From an uncultured Gammaproteobacteria bacterium (GTDB lineage: Bacteria > Patescibacteriota > Patescibacteriia > Patescibacteriales > UBA12075): a stretch of 64,000 nt of DNA. Both the position numbers and the translations under genes were made by a program. Shown piece after piece: positions 9,050-19,432 of this stretch; the first letter of the stretch is position 1, and the number at the start of each line of letters is the position of its first letter. Location: NCBI GenBank assembly GCA_964459725.1, contig CAYWNT010000002.1, forward strand, positions 19,719 to 83,718, written 5' to 3'. The notes beneath the pieces were generated by a model, which searched no databases, was not told where the DNA came from, and was given only the letters and a program-made list of their open reading frames with translations.

Positions 9050-9388
9050 CTAATTTGCCTGCTTCATACAGACTAAGTCTTTTACTTTTGTATATCTAGG
9101 TTTTTTTGTAATAACAACATACTCAAAGCACAAATGGGGGTTTGGGGGTGGATGCTGAGCGCCATTGCTAGGGAGGTTGAAATAATAATCAATGTGATAG
9201 CGAATCAGGAACCCCCAAGACTTTTGGTTACTTTTGGTCTCAAAATGACATAAGCGGTAGCGCGATAGGTTCAAGAGGTTAACATTAATTATTATTTTAA
9301 ACTAAATAGCAAGAAATGCGTCATTAAACAGTTTATCCTGTCGAATGATCAGGAAGCACACCAGCTCTAAGCTGATAAAATAATTCAA

Positions 9389-9799
9389 CTATTTATTTAA
9401 ATGCTTATCAATGGCTATGTTTACCAATTCATCAGCTTCATGATTCTGCTCCCTGAAAACATGACTAAAAGAAACTTTTTGAAATCCTAATGAAAGATTA
9501 TAAATCTGGACAAAAATTTGAGCCAAATCCTTATTCTTCACCTTGTATTCCTTGTTTAACTGCTTAACAACCAATTCGCTATCGCAAAAAAACTCTAGCT
9601 CTTCCGCTTCTAGCTCCTTGGCTTTTTTGATCGCTCCAAGAACCGCTAGGTACTCTGCCTGATTATTGGTGGCTATTCCGATATACTCGGAAATTTTTGC
9701 TACCACCTCCTTTTCAACATTTTTTAAAACCGCCCCTATACCAGCGTGACCTGGATTTCCTCTGGCGCCACCATCTGTATGAATTATTAATTTTTTCAT
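9389..9799 (-). CDS. rnhA: ribonuclease HI
   Basis: IHTDGGARGNPGHAGIGAVL, TNNQAEYLAVLGAI and HEADELV. The start overlaps the recJ stop (ATGA). Confidence 0.85.
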   Translation of the reverse strand: MKKLIIHTDGGARGNPGHAGIGAVLKNVEKEVVAKISEYIGIATNNQAEYLAVLGAIKKAKELEAEELEFFCDSELVVKQLNKEYKVKNKDLAQIFVQIYNLSLGFQKVSFSHVFREQNHEADELVNIAIDKHLNK

Positions 9800-11538
9800 A
9801 AAGTTGTTTTTTCAATATCAACAATCTTCATCTGAATGCTTCTTCTATTGTTGAATTCATTTATTTCCAAATAATAAACAATATCTATTTTATCTCCCTC
9901 GTTTATATCTTTCCATTTCTCAGCTTGCCCAAAACCTATAGCAAAAATCAAATTCTGACCTTCACGAGACAAGCCAAGCTTTAAATGCTGCCCCTCATCC
10001 CCCATGAGTGTCTTATTAACTACTGACACCCCGCGACTTACGAATCTCGGCCTGTTATTGCTCTGTCCGAAGGGTTCAAACTTTTCAATATCGCCAATCA
10101 AATCTTCATTAACTTCTGAGAATCTAAGCTCTGACTCTATTTCAATACCAGGCACCAAATCCACATCTTTCAATTTTTGATTTACATTTTGGATAACACC
10201 ATCTCTAAACTTTTCAATTTTTGATTCCGAAGTACTAAATCCGCAGGCCATTGGATGGCCTCCGTATTTATCCAAATGCTCGCCCACCTCGCTAATCGCC
10301 TCAGCCAAATTTAATTCCGGAATACTCCTTCCTGAGCCTTTGTAGCCATTTTCTATCTTGGTAATAACCAAAGAGGGTTTATAATACTTTTCTGTAATCC
10401 TTCCGGCAACAATTCCAATAACACCCTCATTCCAGGCCTGTTTTTTTTGTTTACCCTCTAGCTCAAATATCCCAATTAGTATTTTATCTTTTTTATTCTT
10501 GACCAAATCATCTACCTGAAAAAAAATATCATCTGTCATTTCCCTTCTTTCCTTATTTCTCTCATCAAGTTCCCCTGCCAATTTAGACGCCTTGTCCTCT
10601 TCGGTAGATGTTAGTAATTCATAAGCCATGCTGGCATGACCAATTCTGCCGGCAGCGTTAATTCGAGGTGCTATCTGAAATCCAATATTCCAGGCTTCTA
10701 TTTTTTTATCAGTCAGGCCTGAAACTTTGACTAGCGCATTAATACCCACATTCTTTGTGTTTTCTATTTCTTTGAGCCCTCTTTTTACCAAAAGCCTATT
10801 TTCTCCAAGCAAAGGAACACAATCAGCTATAGTGCCGATAGCAACCAAGGGCAGCATCCTATTCTCCAAAAGAAGCTTATCCTCATCACTTAATTTAGAT
10901 TTCTCCATGATAGCCAAGGCTAGCTTGAAAGCTACACCCACACCGGCTAAATATTTATAAGAATATTTCTCACTTTCCAAAACAGGATTGATTATAAGGC
11001 ATTCCGGCATCTCGCTCTCTTCTGCTGGATGATGATCAGTGACGATAACATCGATATTGTTATCAATTGCAAACTTTATTTCATCCTTGCTTTTGATTCC
11101 AGAGTCCACAGTAATGATCAGACTAACTTCACTCTCGACAAAATATTCAACAGCCTTTTTGTTTACTCCATAACCCTCAGTGGTTCGATCTGGAAGATAC
11201 ACATCAACATTGGCATTTACCGTTTTTAGGAAATTAACCAGAAGAGATGAGGCTGTTACTCCGTCAGCATCATAATCACCAAATATTATTATCTTGTTCT
11301 GTTTTTTTATGTGACCAACTATTAAGTCAACCGCCTTTTCCATATCCCGAAAAAGATAAGGATCATAAAGAGACTTATCATTTTTAGGATTCATAAATTC
11401 TTCAATTTCCGGTCCACTCCTGAGCCCTCTATTAAAAAGCATCTTGAGTATTACATCATTATATTCTGGGAAATCTTTTGGAAATTTATCATCCAAATCT
11501 TTTGATATTTTCCATTTTTTTTTCTTAAAATCGGTCAT
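9796..11538 (-). CDS. recJ: single-stranded-DNA-specific exonuclease RecJ
   Basis: DHH-family motifs GDYDADGVTASS, DSG and VTDHH, a DHHA1-like GGHPMACG, 580 aa. Confidence 0.9.
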   Translation of the reverse strand: MTDFKKKKWKISKDLDDKFPKDFPEYNDVILKMLFNRGLRSGPEIEEFMNPKNDKSLYDPYLFRDMEKAVDLIVGHIKKQNKIIIFGDYDADGVTASSLLVNFLKTVNANVDVYLPDRTTEGYGVNKKAVEYFVESEVSLIITVDSGIKSKDEIKFAIDNNIDVIVTDHHPAEESEMPECLIINPVLESEKYSYKYLAGVGVAFKLALAIMEKSKLSDEDKLLLENRMLPLVAIGTIADCVPLLGENRLLVKRGLKEIENTKNVGINALVKVSGLTDKKIEAWNIGFQIAPRINAAGRIGHASMAYELLTSTEEDKASKLAGELDERNKERREMTDDIFFQVDDLVKNKKDKILIGIFELEGKQKKQAWNEGVIGIVAGRITEKYYKPSLVITKIENGYKGSGRSIPELNLAEAISEVGEHLDKYGGHPMACGFSTSESKIEKFRDGVIQNVNQKLKDVDLVPGIEIESELRFSEVNEDLIGDIEKFEPFGQSNNRPRFVSRGVSVVNKTLMGDEGQHLKLGLSREGQNLIFAIGFGQAEKWKDINEGDKIDIVYYLEINEFNNRRSIQMKIVDIEKTTL

Positions 11539-11677
11539 TTTTGATTAGATTTTACATGAATGCTGCACCAATTGTCCAAAGCACCATTGTAAATATTATC
11601 ATCACAGATATTATACCCCACACGATTTTTATAACTTTTTTTCTTTTCATAAATAAATATAAATTATTTTATTAATT

Positions 11678-13486
11678 TTACTTCTTGAGTATTTTAACAA
11701 AAATTCCGGAAGGAATATCTACATTACCCTTTCCTGCCGCCATCATCTTCTTTTTTCCTTTTCTTTGTTTTTCTAAGAGCTTCCTTTTTCTACTCACATC
11801 CCCACCATACAACTTAGCAGTCACGTCTTTTCGCATCGCTGACAATCTCTCACCAGCAATAATTTTACCACCCACTGCTGCTTGAAGTTTTATAACAAAC
11901 ATTTGCCTTGGCAAACTTTCTTTTAATATTTTTAGTATTTCCTTCCCTCGCTTATGGGCCGCATCCTCATAAACAATCACAGACAAAGCCTCCATCACAT
12001 CTTCCGCTATTAAAATATCCATTTTAACAACTTTTGCAGCTCGATAATCTAAATATTCATAATTGATTGAAGCATATCCGGAACTGATGCTTTTTATCTT
12101 GTCGTAAAAATCAGTTAGGATTGAGCTCATTGGTATTTCATAGTGAATAACAGCTCTTGTTTCATCAATATACTCAGTATTTATATACACCCCTCTCTTG
12201 TCTTGGGCCAAGGACATCACTCCACCCACAAACTCCTTTGGCGTTATAATATCAAGCGATACCCATGGCTCCTCAACTTTTTCTATCACCTCCCGAGCTG
12301 GAAACTGTTGAGGAGTTCTGATAGTCTCAACTTTGCCGGCCTTATCAAAAACCTTGTAAGCTACACTTGGCACAGTAACAACTAAATCTAAATTATACTC
12401 TCTTTTTAGTCTTTCCTGAAAAATTTCTAAATGAAGAATCCCTAGAAATCCACATCTAAATCCAAAACCTAGTGCATTTGAATGCTCAGCCTCATAGACC
12501 AGGGAGGAGTCATTTAATTTCAGTCTTTCAATCGCCTCTCTGAGCTCCTCATATTCATTACCTTCTTTCGGGAATATTCCGGCAAAAACCATTGGCTTCA
12601 CCTCTTTATAACCAGTAAGAGGCTCAATGGATAAATTGTCATGCTTCAGTCTTTTTACATCTCCAAGCAATGTTATAGTATCTCCCACCCTACACTCATT
12701 TACACTCTTAAAACCTGTCACCACATACCCAATCTCTCCTGTTTTTAGTTCAGAAGTTGATTTATAGTCAGGTTTAAATATTCCAACATCGAGAGCCTCA
12801 CTTTCAGCTCCACTTGCTAATAATTTTATCTTATCTCTTTTTTTTATACCTCCATCTACAATACGCACATAAGCTACCACTCCCTTGTACTCATCATAAC
12901 TGGAATCAAAGATTAAGGCTCTAGTCTGCTCATTTTCATTTTTTTCTGGAGGAGGAATTTTTTTAATTACAACATCAAGCAGCTCGTCCACGCCCTCTCC
13001 GGTTTTACCAGAAGTATAAATAATTTCATCCTCTTGGCATCCTAACAAGTTTATTATTTCATTTTTAGCCTTTTCTCTATCTGCGGCCGGTAAATCAATT
13101 TTGTTTACTACCGGAATTATTTTCAAATCCTGCTCTAGGGCTAAATAAAGATTTGCCAGAGTCTGCGCCTGAATTCCTTGAGCCGCATCAACTAGCAAAA
13201 CAGCACCCTCAACGGCTGCCAAACTTCTGGATACCTCATAGGTGAAATCAACATGTCCGGGAGTGTCAATCAGATTCAAAATATGATCCTTATGCTTCAT
13301 GGTAACCGGCTGCAATTTTATCGTAATTCCCCTCTCTCTTTCCAGGTCCATGGTATCTAGTAATTGTTCTTTCATTTTTCTATCCTCGACGGTCTTGGTA
13401 ATCTCCAACATCCTGTCCGAAATTGTTGACTTACCATGATCAATATGCGCGATGATACAAAAATTTCTAATATTTTTCATTCTCAT
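11678..13486 (-). CDS. lepA: translation elongation factor 4 (LepA)
   Basis: IRNFCIIAHIDHGKSTISDRMLE, DTPGHVDF, NKIDL, and a LepA C-terminal domain. AAGGAGA lies 9 nt upstream. Confidence 0.95.
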   Translation of the reverse strand: MRMKNIRNFCIIAHIDHGKSTISDRMLEITKTVEDRKMKEQLLDTMDLERERGITIKLQPVTMKHKDHILNLIDTPGHVDFTYEVSRSLAAVEGAVLLVDAAQGIQAQTLANLYLALEQDLKIIPVVNKIDLPAADREKAKNEIINLLGCQEDEIIYTSGKTGEGVDELLDVVIKKIPPPEKNENEQTRALIFDSSYDEYKGVVAYVRIVDGGIKKRDKIKLLASGAESEALDVGIFKPDYKSTSELKTGEIGYVVTGFKSVNECRVGDTITLLGDVKRLKHDNLSIEPLTGYKEVKPMVFAGIFPKEGNEYEELREAIERLKLNDSSLVYEAEHSNALGFGFRCGFLGILHLEIFQERLKREYNLDLVVTVPSVAYKVFDKAGKVETIRTPQQFPAREVIEKVEEPWVSLDIITPKEFVGGVMSLAQDKRGVYINTEYIDETRAVIHYEIPMSSILTDFYDKIKSISSGYASINYEYLDYRAAKVVKMDILIAEDVMEALSVIVYEDAAHKRGKEILKILKESLPRQMFVIKLQAAVGGKIIAGERLSAMRKDVTAKLYGGDVSRKRKLLEKQRKGKKKMMAAGKGNVDIPSGIFVKILKK

Positions 13487-13600
13487 TTGGGATTATCTCC
13501 TTACTTTTCCAAATCCCCTTAATAATAAAAACAAGAAGATAGGCGCTAAAATATCTCTGATCTTCTTGTTGTGGTGGTCAATATGTGACCCAAAAACCAA

Positions 13601-14797
13601 CTATTTTCTCTCTATCAGTTCATCTAAAATTATATTCACCTCATTTCTCTCGCCATCTCTTAAATAAACCAGGTTGATTTCCTCTTTTGCTGAATATTTT
13701 AACATCAAATCATTCAACTCAACATCTCCTCCAATTTCAACCTTGTCAACAGAGATTATAATATCACCTGCTTTTAGCCCAGCCACTTGAGCTGCACTTC
13801 CTTTTCTCACCGCTACCCCCTTTTCGTCTTCATGAATCAATGCCCCCTTTTCAGGAAAGCTATCTTTATATATTTTTACAAAATCTGACAAGTTTACATA
13901 ATTAACACCCAAACTTGCTCTGGTTATAGTGTTTGTTTCCAAAAGACAATTCACACAAGATACATAAGAGCTTATAGGCTCAACTTCCCCATCCTCGCTT
14001 ATTAACGCCAGCAAATCTCCACTCAAATTGAACAAAAAGGAGCCAATGAACTCTTTTGGTGGGTCTTGAGCGAGAACCAGTCTTTCCTTTCTCCCATCAC
14101 TTGATTTTACCACATTATCACTATCCAGCTCCTTTGATTGAACCGTAGAGACCCAAACATCTCCATCCCAATTCACTCCTGTCACCAACTGACCATTGTG
14201 AATATCACTCTCTGAAACGAAAATCCACACAGGTAAATCATCTGCCTCTATTCTCCAGAAGGAATAATTGGAAAATTCATCCACAACAACATTTTCCACG
14301 TCATATATCTCGCCACCCGAGGTTATAATCACATAATTATCAAGAATTTCTTTCATATCCGCATCCTCTTTTAAAATACTTTCTGGATAAAAATTACTAA
14401 TAATCCAACCATCACTGGTAACAATAAAACCTTGTCCGACTTCCTTGTTTAAATTATAATAGCTATCAATATTTATTTTTTCTTCCTCTCCCTTTACTGC
14501 CTTATCCTTTGTGGTGGTGCTAATTCTTGAAAAAATACCCACAATTCCATTTCTAGTGTTTTTTGCTGTTTCAACCACTTTATCATTTTGTTCTACCACC
14601 ACCTTCTTTGGATTTTTTATTACCAAGCTTGATCCATCATAACGATAATCGTTCTGCAAATTTATATCACTAAGACGGTCCACATTTAAAGCGTCCTTGA
14701 GTAAATAAGAACGAAAAAATATCTCTCCGGCGACCCCCCCTCCAATACCGAAAATAACAGACATGATTATTAAAGCAATTATTTTTTTATTTTTCAT
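13601..14797 (-). CDS. HtrA/DegP-like PDZ protein with an apparently degenerate catalytic triad
   Basis: N-terminal TM helix. GQGFIVTSDGWIISNFYP replaces GSGF..DG.I.TNNHV. FNLSGDLL replaces GNSGGPL. The PDZ domain (GSAAQVAGLKAGDIIISVD) is intact. Confidence 0.6.
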   Translation of the reverse strand: MKNKKIIALIIMSVIFGIGGGVAGEIFFRSYLLKDALNVDRLSDINLQNDYRYDGSSLVIKNPKKVVVEQNDKVVETAKNTRNGIVGIFSRISTTTKDKAVKGEEEKINIDSYYNLNKEVGQGFIVTSDGWIISNFYPESILKEDADMKEILDNYVIITSGGEIYDVENVVVDEFSNYSFWRIEADDLPVWIFVSESDIHNGQLVTGVNWDGDVWVSTVQSKELDSDNVVKSSDGRKERLVLAQDPPKEFIGSFLFNLSGDLLALISEDGEVEPISSYVSCVNCLLETNTITRASLGVNYVNLSDFVKIYKDSFPEKGALIHEDEKGVAVRKGSAAQVAGLKAGDIIISVDKVEIGGDVELNDLMLKYSAKEEINLVYLRDGERNEVNIILDELIERK

Positions 14798-14810
14798 AAT
14801 ATAATTTTAG

Positions 14811-15572
14811 TTAAATCCATCTGGCAGTAAGCAGAACTATAAGAATGCTTAAAAAGCCATATATCAAATATAATTTTACAATTTTTTTATCAAACTTACC
14901 TAAAAGGTAAAATCTAATCAACCCTATTAATATATAGTAAGCCACGGCTAAAATCAACCCCAAAATATAATAACTCAAAGTGAGAAAAGAAATAGACCAG
15001 GCCAACTCGGTCAAAATCAAACAACTAATCAGGATATAAAATGCTCCCACTTTTTTATCAATTTTGTTCGCCCATGATACCTGATAAACAATCAAAGCGA
15101 CAGTCGCAACAATTACTAGCATCAACTTCCAAGTTGAGATATTTAAAAATATCTGAAATCCAAAAACAGTGGAAGCTATAAAATAAAATGACAAAAAATT
15201 TCCATAAGCTGAAAAATTTTCTAAATCCCCCTTTTTGTACAACTCCTCTTTTACAACAAAATAATAAAGGGACCTAAAATATAAATACAGAAATACGACA
15301 TTAAATAAAATCAAAGCCTGACTTACCCATGGCTTATAAATCAATGTAGTATAACCAATCAGTCCAACAGTAAACAGGGAGGGCAAGATTATGAGACTCC
15401 ACCACTTCTCATGCTTTTTACCAGCAGCAATGAATTGCCTGGCAGTAAAAAAAAACAAAAGCAACAATAAAATTATTGCTACATAAATCATTCTTGGAAA
15501 ATTATAATAAATCTCCAAATACAAAAATGATAGAACAGGTACTATTAATGGCAAGAATCGGTTATAACTCAT
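14811..15572 (-). CDS. hypothetical polytopic membrane protein
   Basis: 253 aa, about 7-8 hydrophobic helices. Overlaps the upstream ORF by 4 nt. Confidence 0.5.
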   Translation of the reverse strand: MSYNRFLPLIVPVLSFLYLEIYYNFPRMIYVAIILLLLLFFFTARQFIAAGKKHEKWWSLIILPSLFTVGLIGYTTLIYKPWVSQALILFNVVFLYLYFRSLYYFVVKEELYKKGDLENFSAYGNFLSFYFIASTVFGFQIFLNISTWKLMLVIVATVALIVYQVSWANKIDKKVGAFYILISCLILTELAWSISFLTLSYYILGLILAVAYYILIGLIRFYLLGKFDKKIVKLYLIYGFLSILIVLLTARWI

Positions 15573-16045
15573 AATGAATAATTTATCATCTCGTGATAAT
15601 TTTGTCTAACATTTTGAACAAGTCTTCTACACTCACTCCGACTCTCATCCGTTCCTAATTCTATAAATTTTTCTATTGCTGATAATGACAAAATAAAATT
15701 CAGATGCAAGTCCTTTGATTCTGGTGTTGGAGATTTCAAATTAACAATATTATTTTTTAATTCTAGCACCTTAGTCAGCATATCATTATCCCCCTTCACT
15801 GCACCCGTCTTGTTTCCGTCTAAGTCTATATCTCTAATAATTCCCTCAAGAACATCAAAATTTTTCGAAAGATCATTGTTGTAAGACTTTAACTCGCCTG
15901 GTGAGATAGGTGTAGTTACAGTTGTATTCACAACCTGTTTATTGGTCGCCTTATCTGTCTGCTCTTTTGTTTTCATAATGAGCAACAACAGAATTAAAAT
16001 GGCAACAATAATAAAAATAATTAAGTTTTTCTTATTTTTTGTCAT
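15569..16045 (-). CDS. hypothetical membrane-anchored protein
   Basis: The track start at 16054 is TTG. An ATG at 16045 gives MTKNKKNLIIFIIVAILILLLLI (signal anchor). Confidence 0.45.
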   Translation of the reverse strand: MTKNKKNLIIFIIVAILILLLLIMKTKEQTDKATNKQVVNTTVTTPISPGELKSYNNDLSKNFDVLEGIIRDIDLDGNKTGAVKGDNDMLTKVLELKNNIVNLKSPTPESKDLHLNFILSLSAIEKFIELGTDESRSECRRLVQNVRQNYHEMINYSL

Positions 16046-16226
16046 ATGTTTCAAGTTAGGCGGAAACGCGTATTTAAATGACTAGCGTCTTGCCAGGATA
16101 ATTAATCATAATTTAAGTGAGCTAACGCAGTCCCGCGAATAGCGGTCGTGGTTGAAATAAAATAATAAAATTATTTGATTATTACGCTTAAAAATTAACC
16201 ACTAGTAAAATCTCTTTACGGGAGAT

Positions 16227-18560
16227 TTAATTGACAATATCAAAATCATCTTCATTTATATTTTTTTCTTTCTTAAGTTCTACAGTTTTAATCTCTTCTA
16301 GATCTGCCAATTTGTTTATCTTAATATAATTATTAGAAAATGTATATAGGGAATCGTCAATATACAAACTCCTCTTAACAGAGTTATCATAATACTGGAC
16401 ACCTCCCCAATAATCTGCGTAAGAATTACTATCATAGCTCTCATGATCGATCTTGCCTTTCAGTTTGAATCCGCTCTTGTCAATATCGAAAACAGCCGCT
16501 CCTCTAAACATAGACCTTGGTGAATAATTCATTGGTTTCATCATTTCTTCACCTTCCTCAATAAGTCCTGGATCCTCAATTTCAAAAACATCCTGCATGG
16601 AAATAGGGATAACCAACAAGCCCTTCTCTTTGGAGAATAAAAATGCCTTATGGTCATGAATCGCCACTGAATCACTTCCACTGCTTCCCAAGATATAAGT
16701 ATCAACCTCCTTTGGGTTAGCCACATCCTCCACATCAAACAATGACAGCTTGACTCCGCCAGTCCTTACTCCTCCCCACTCATTCTCATAAGTATCTCTA
16801 CCCAGTCCAATCAAAGTATCCTCGTCGTAAGGGTGGAGATAATTCGAGAACCCAGGAATCTTCAGCTCTCCTAGCACCTTTGGCTTCTTTGGATTTTTCA
16901 AGTCAATCACAAAGAGAGGGTCAACCTGCTTAAAGGTCACCATATAGGCTCTGTCCTGCATAAATCGAACAGAATAAATGCGCTCACCCTTTGCAAGTCC
17001 CTCCAGCTCACCGACCATTTTCAAATTTTCATCTAAGACGTACAGATTATTATAAGACTCGGTTTGCTTCTTGTCGGCATATCTTGACCAGGTTCTGTTT
17101 TTTGTAGTTGCGATTCTAAAATATTCACCTTTTTCATCCATTGAAAATTGGCTAATAACATGTCCCACCACTTCTCCGTCAGTTTTGTACTCAATATCGT
17201 CTTTATTTATTGAAATTTTATGAATTATTGTTTTTTCTAGCTCCTTTGAAATATCTGCGTACTTCTTTTTCATAGCAGCGGCCAGCTCTTTTTCCAGCTT
17301 TTTCTTCTCTTCCTTTTCAAGATTATCTCCGAATCTTTCCAAAATCATGGCTGTCTTCCTCATCTTTTCATCTTTGGTCAATATATAACTTTTTACTGAT
17401 TCTATATTTCTAATCTTTTCTTGATCATCACTACTCAAGCGTGGGAATATTATTTCACGCATCACTTCCATTTCGAGCTGGTATTCACTGACATACTTTG
17501 TATAAGTTATATAAATATTATTTTCTGAAACATACATATTCTGATTATGGTTCATTATATATACCTCACCTGACACTTCCTTATTCTCTGTAATATTTAT
17601 GGCGTAAATTGAAGTAAAGTTATATCTGTTATAAGGAATATCAAAATAATAAACTTCAGGAGCAAAACACTTCGCATTTCCTGAACATGTGTTTGAAACC
17701 ACTTCTCCTCCATCTATAATCCTAGGCAAAGCCGGTTCATCCTCTATGTAGTACTGATAATTTGATGTTATAAAATAAACATAGTCACCAATCATTCTAG
17801 AGTTTACAAAATTACCTTCAAAATCCAAATCACGGACCTGTACTGGATTTTTCCTATCGCTTATATCAAAAACCTTGAAATAAGTATAAGAATTTTTCCT
17901 CTTGAACCTTTGGTAAGGTTCGATTTCATGGATATAATTATCCCTACCATAAATAACCAAACGATCTTCATTTATGAAAATATTATCCGGCCTGGATTTA
18001 AACTCAATTTTTGAAAGTATTTCAGCCTCCCCTCCAGGATAAGCATCTATAATAAAGAGGTTCATCTTGGACACTGCATAAATATATTTCCCGTCCGTCT
18101 TGATAATATCAGCCTCATCAACTCCCTCTACCTGAACGTTTGTTTTTGAATAATCGTCTGATCCACCACCTGCATTATCCATGGAAACTGCTTTTTCGGC
18201 AAAAGGCATAGCCAATCCCTCCTGGACACTGTCAAACATCATCTCCCTGGCCATTCCCGAACCTCGACCATAACCACCAGACGAGTCACTTGTTTCATTG
18301 TTTTTCAAAAATTCATTTAATTCGTCCTGTGTTTTAAATTTTAAAATCTTGCTCTGTCCGGCCAAAAGTTCAGAAACCGACTTTTGAGTATTCTGCTCAT
18401 AGGCTCCATTTCCTTCTTTTGGTGTTTTTTTATTAGGATCAGTGCATCCAATTACCAACAAAGGAATTGTCAGAATTAACACTGAGTATACGCTTATTCT
18501 ATAAAACATAAATAATATTTTTTCGTTATTTTTTAAATATTTATAATTAATGTTATGCAT
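16227..18560 (-). CDS. secreted beta-propeller-domain lipoprotein (PF09826-like)
   Basis: YSKTNVQVEGVDEADIIKTDGKYIY is the signature I associate with the Beta_propel family. Lipobox LLVIGC. The likely true start is the ATG at 18509 (MFYRISVYSVLILTIPLLVIGC). Confidence 0.7.
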   Translation of the reverse strand: MHNINYKYLKNNEKILFMFYRISVYSVLILTIPLLVIGCTDPNKKTPKEGNGAYEQNTQKSVSELLAGQSKILKFKTQDELNEFLKNNETSDSSGGYGRGSGMAREMMFDSVQEGLAMPFAEKAVSMDNAGGGSDDYSKTNVQVEGVDEADIIKTDGKYIYAVSKMNLFIIDAYPGGEAEILSKIEFKSRPDNIFINEDRLVIYGRDNYIHEIEPYQRFKRKNSYTYFKVFDISDRKNPVQVRDLDFEGNFVNSRMIGDYVYFITSNYQYYIEDEPALPRIIDGGEVVSNTCSGNAKCFAPEVYYFDIPYNRYNFTSIYAINITENKEVSGEVYIMNHNQNMYVSENNIYITYTKYVSEYQLEMEVMREIIFPRLSSDDQEKIRNIESVKSYILTKDEKMRKTAMILERFGDNLEKEEKKKLEKELAAAMKKKYADISKELEKTIIHKISINKDDIEYKTDGEVVGHVISQFSMDEKGEYFRIATTKNRTWSRYADKKQTESYNNLYVLDENLKMVGELEGLAKGERIYSVRFMQDRAYMVTFKQVDPLFVIDLKNPKKPKVLGELKIPGFSNYLHPYDEDTLIGLGRDTYENEWGGVRTGGVKLSLFDVEDVANPKEVDTYILGSSGSDSVAIHDHKAFLFSKEKGLLVIPISMQDVFEIEDPGLIEEGEEMMKPMNYSPRSMFRGAAVFDIDKSGFKLKGKIDHESYDSNSYADYWGGVQYYDNSVKRSLYIDDSLYTFSNNYIKINKLADLEEIKTVELKKEKNINEDDFDIVN

Positions 18561-18564
18561 CTTT

Positions 18565-18999
18565 TTAAATTTCTAAAATAATTGTTACTGGACCGTCATT
18601 TACAAGATCGACGTCCATCATCTTGCCAAATTCTCCTGTTTCGGTCTTCACACCTCTCGCTCTAATACCCTCAACCAATCGCTCATAAACAGGTATTGCT
18701 AGGTCGGGTTTGGCAGAATTTATAAAACTTGGCCTATTGCCTTTCCGGGTATCAGCGTACAGGGTAAACTGAGAAACTAAAAGCACCTCACCGCCAATAT
18801 CCTTTACTGATAAGTTCATCTTGCCATCTTCATCGGAAAATATTCTCATGTTGACAATCTTGTCTGCTATTTTTTCAATGTTTTTATCATCATCAACATG
18901 AACCGCGAACAAGACCAATAATCCCTTGTTAATTTTTGAAACTACCTCACCATCAATCTTAACGCTCGATTTTTTCACTCTCTGAATTACTGCTTTCAT
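18565..18999 (-). CDS. dtd: D-aminoacyl-tRNA deacylase
   Basis: MKAVIQRV...[17 protein letters not shown]...GPVTIILE, 144 aa. Confidence 0.9.
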   Translation of the reverse strand: MKAVIQRVKKSSVKIDGEVVSKINKGLLVLFAVHVDDDKNIEKIADKIVNMRIFSDEDGKMNLSVKDIGGEVLLVSQFTLYADTRKGNRPSFINSAKPDLAIPVYERLVEGIRARGVKTETGEFGKMMDVDLVNDGPVTIILEI

Positions 19000-19085
19000 A
19001 AATAAAAATTAGGTCGCTAAATTTTGTAATTATTTGGCCCCTATGTGTACATTAAAATGTACACTAAATAACTTTATCTAAAAAT

Positions 19086-19412
19086 CTAAGCAAACATGCC
19101 AGCCTCAATCTCAGTCCACTCTTCATCACCATCATTCCACTTATAAGCAGTCATTTTAGCACTTTTCTCATCTTCACTGTAAACATAATCAATCTTTGTT
19201 TCAGAACCAATCCTTCTTGAGTAGGTCGTTTTCCTATCTAAAACTACAGGCTTCGTAGCATACTCCAATCTCATCTTCCCAAGAGGACCTTCAAAAACTA
19301 CAAATTCAACATCCACTCCCCCTTCATCGTCAATATGCTCACCTCCCTCATCCTCAACTGTGAATTTGTCTTTTACCATCCCCTTTATTTCCTCCCATTT
19401 TTCTTTAGTCAT
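19086..19412 (-). CDS. hypothetical acidic protein
   Basis: 108-aa ORF directly downstream of pilT. No family recognised. Confidence 0.4.
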   Translation of the reverse strand: MTKEKWEEIKGMVKDKFTVEDEGGEHIDDEGGVDVEFVVFEGPLGKMRLEYATKPVVLDRKTTYSRRIGSETKIDYVYSEDEKSAKMTAYKWNDGDEEWTEIEAGMFA

Positions 19413-19432
19413 AATTTTGTTTATTTAAAGAT

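Noticed and set aside
9050-9274. 74-aa minus-strand ORF in the rnhA-downstream spacer.
   Set aside because: No SD or start context. The composition is odd (PPPNPH, Cys- and Trp-rich) and it coincides with the GC-rich region that pairs with itself. A structured RNA or non-coding sequence explains it better.
9335-9356. Shared loop sequence TCGAATGA in two hairpins (9335-9356 and 42650-42672), each downstream of a minus-strand gene.
   Set aside because: An 8-mer occurring twice in 128 kb of two-strand sequence is about what chance predicts. The stems are unrelated.
9330-9380. AGGAAGCA string resembling the SRP-RNA domain IV core. ACCACCA and GGGGGTTC strings resembling tmRNA ends.
   Set aside because: The surrounding sequence lacks the GNRA tetraloop and symmetric-loop context of SRP RNA. 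It also lacks a T-arm/acceptor structure or a tag ORF as in tmRNA.
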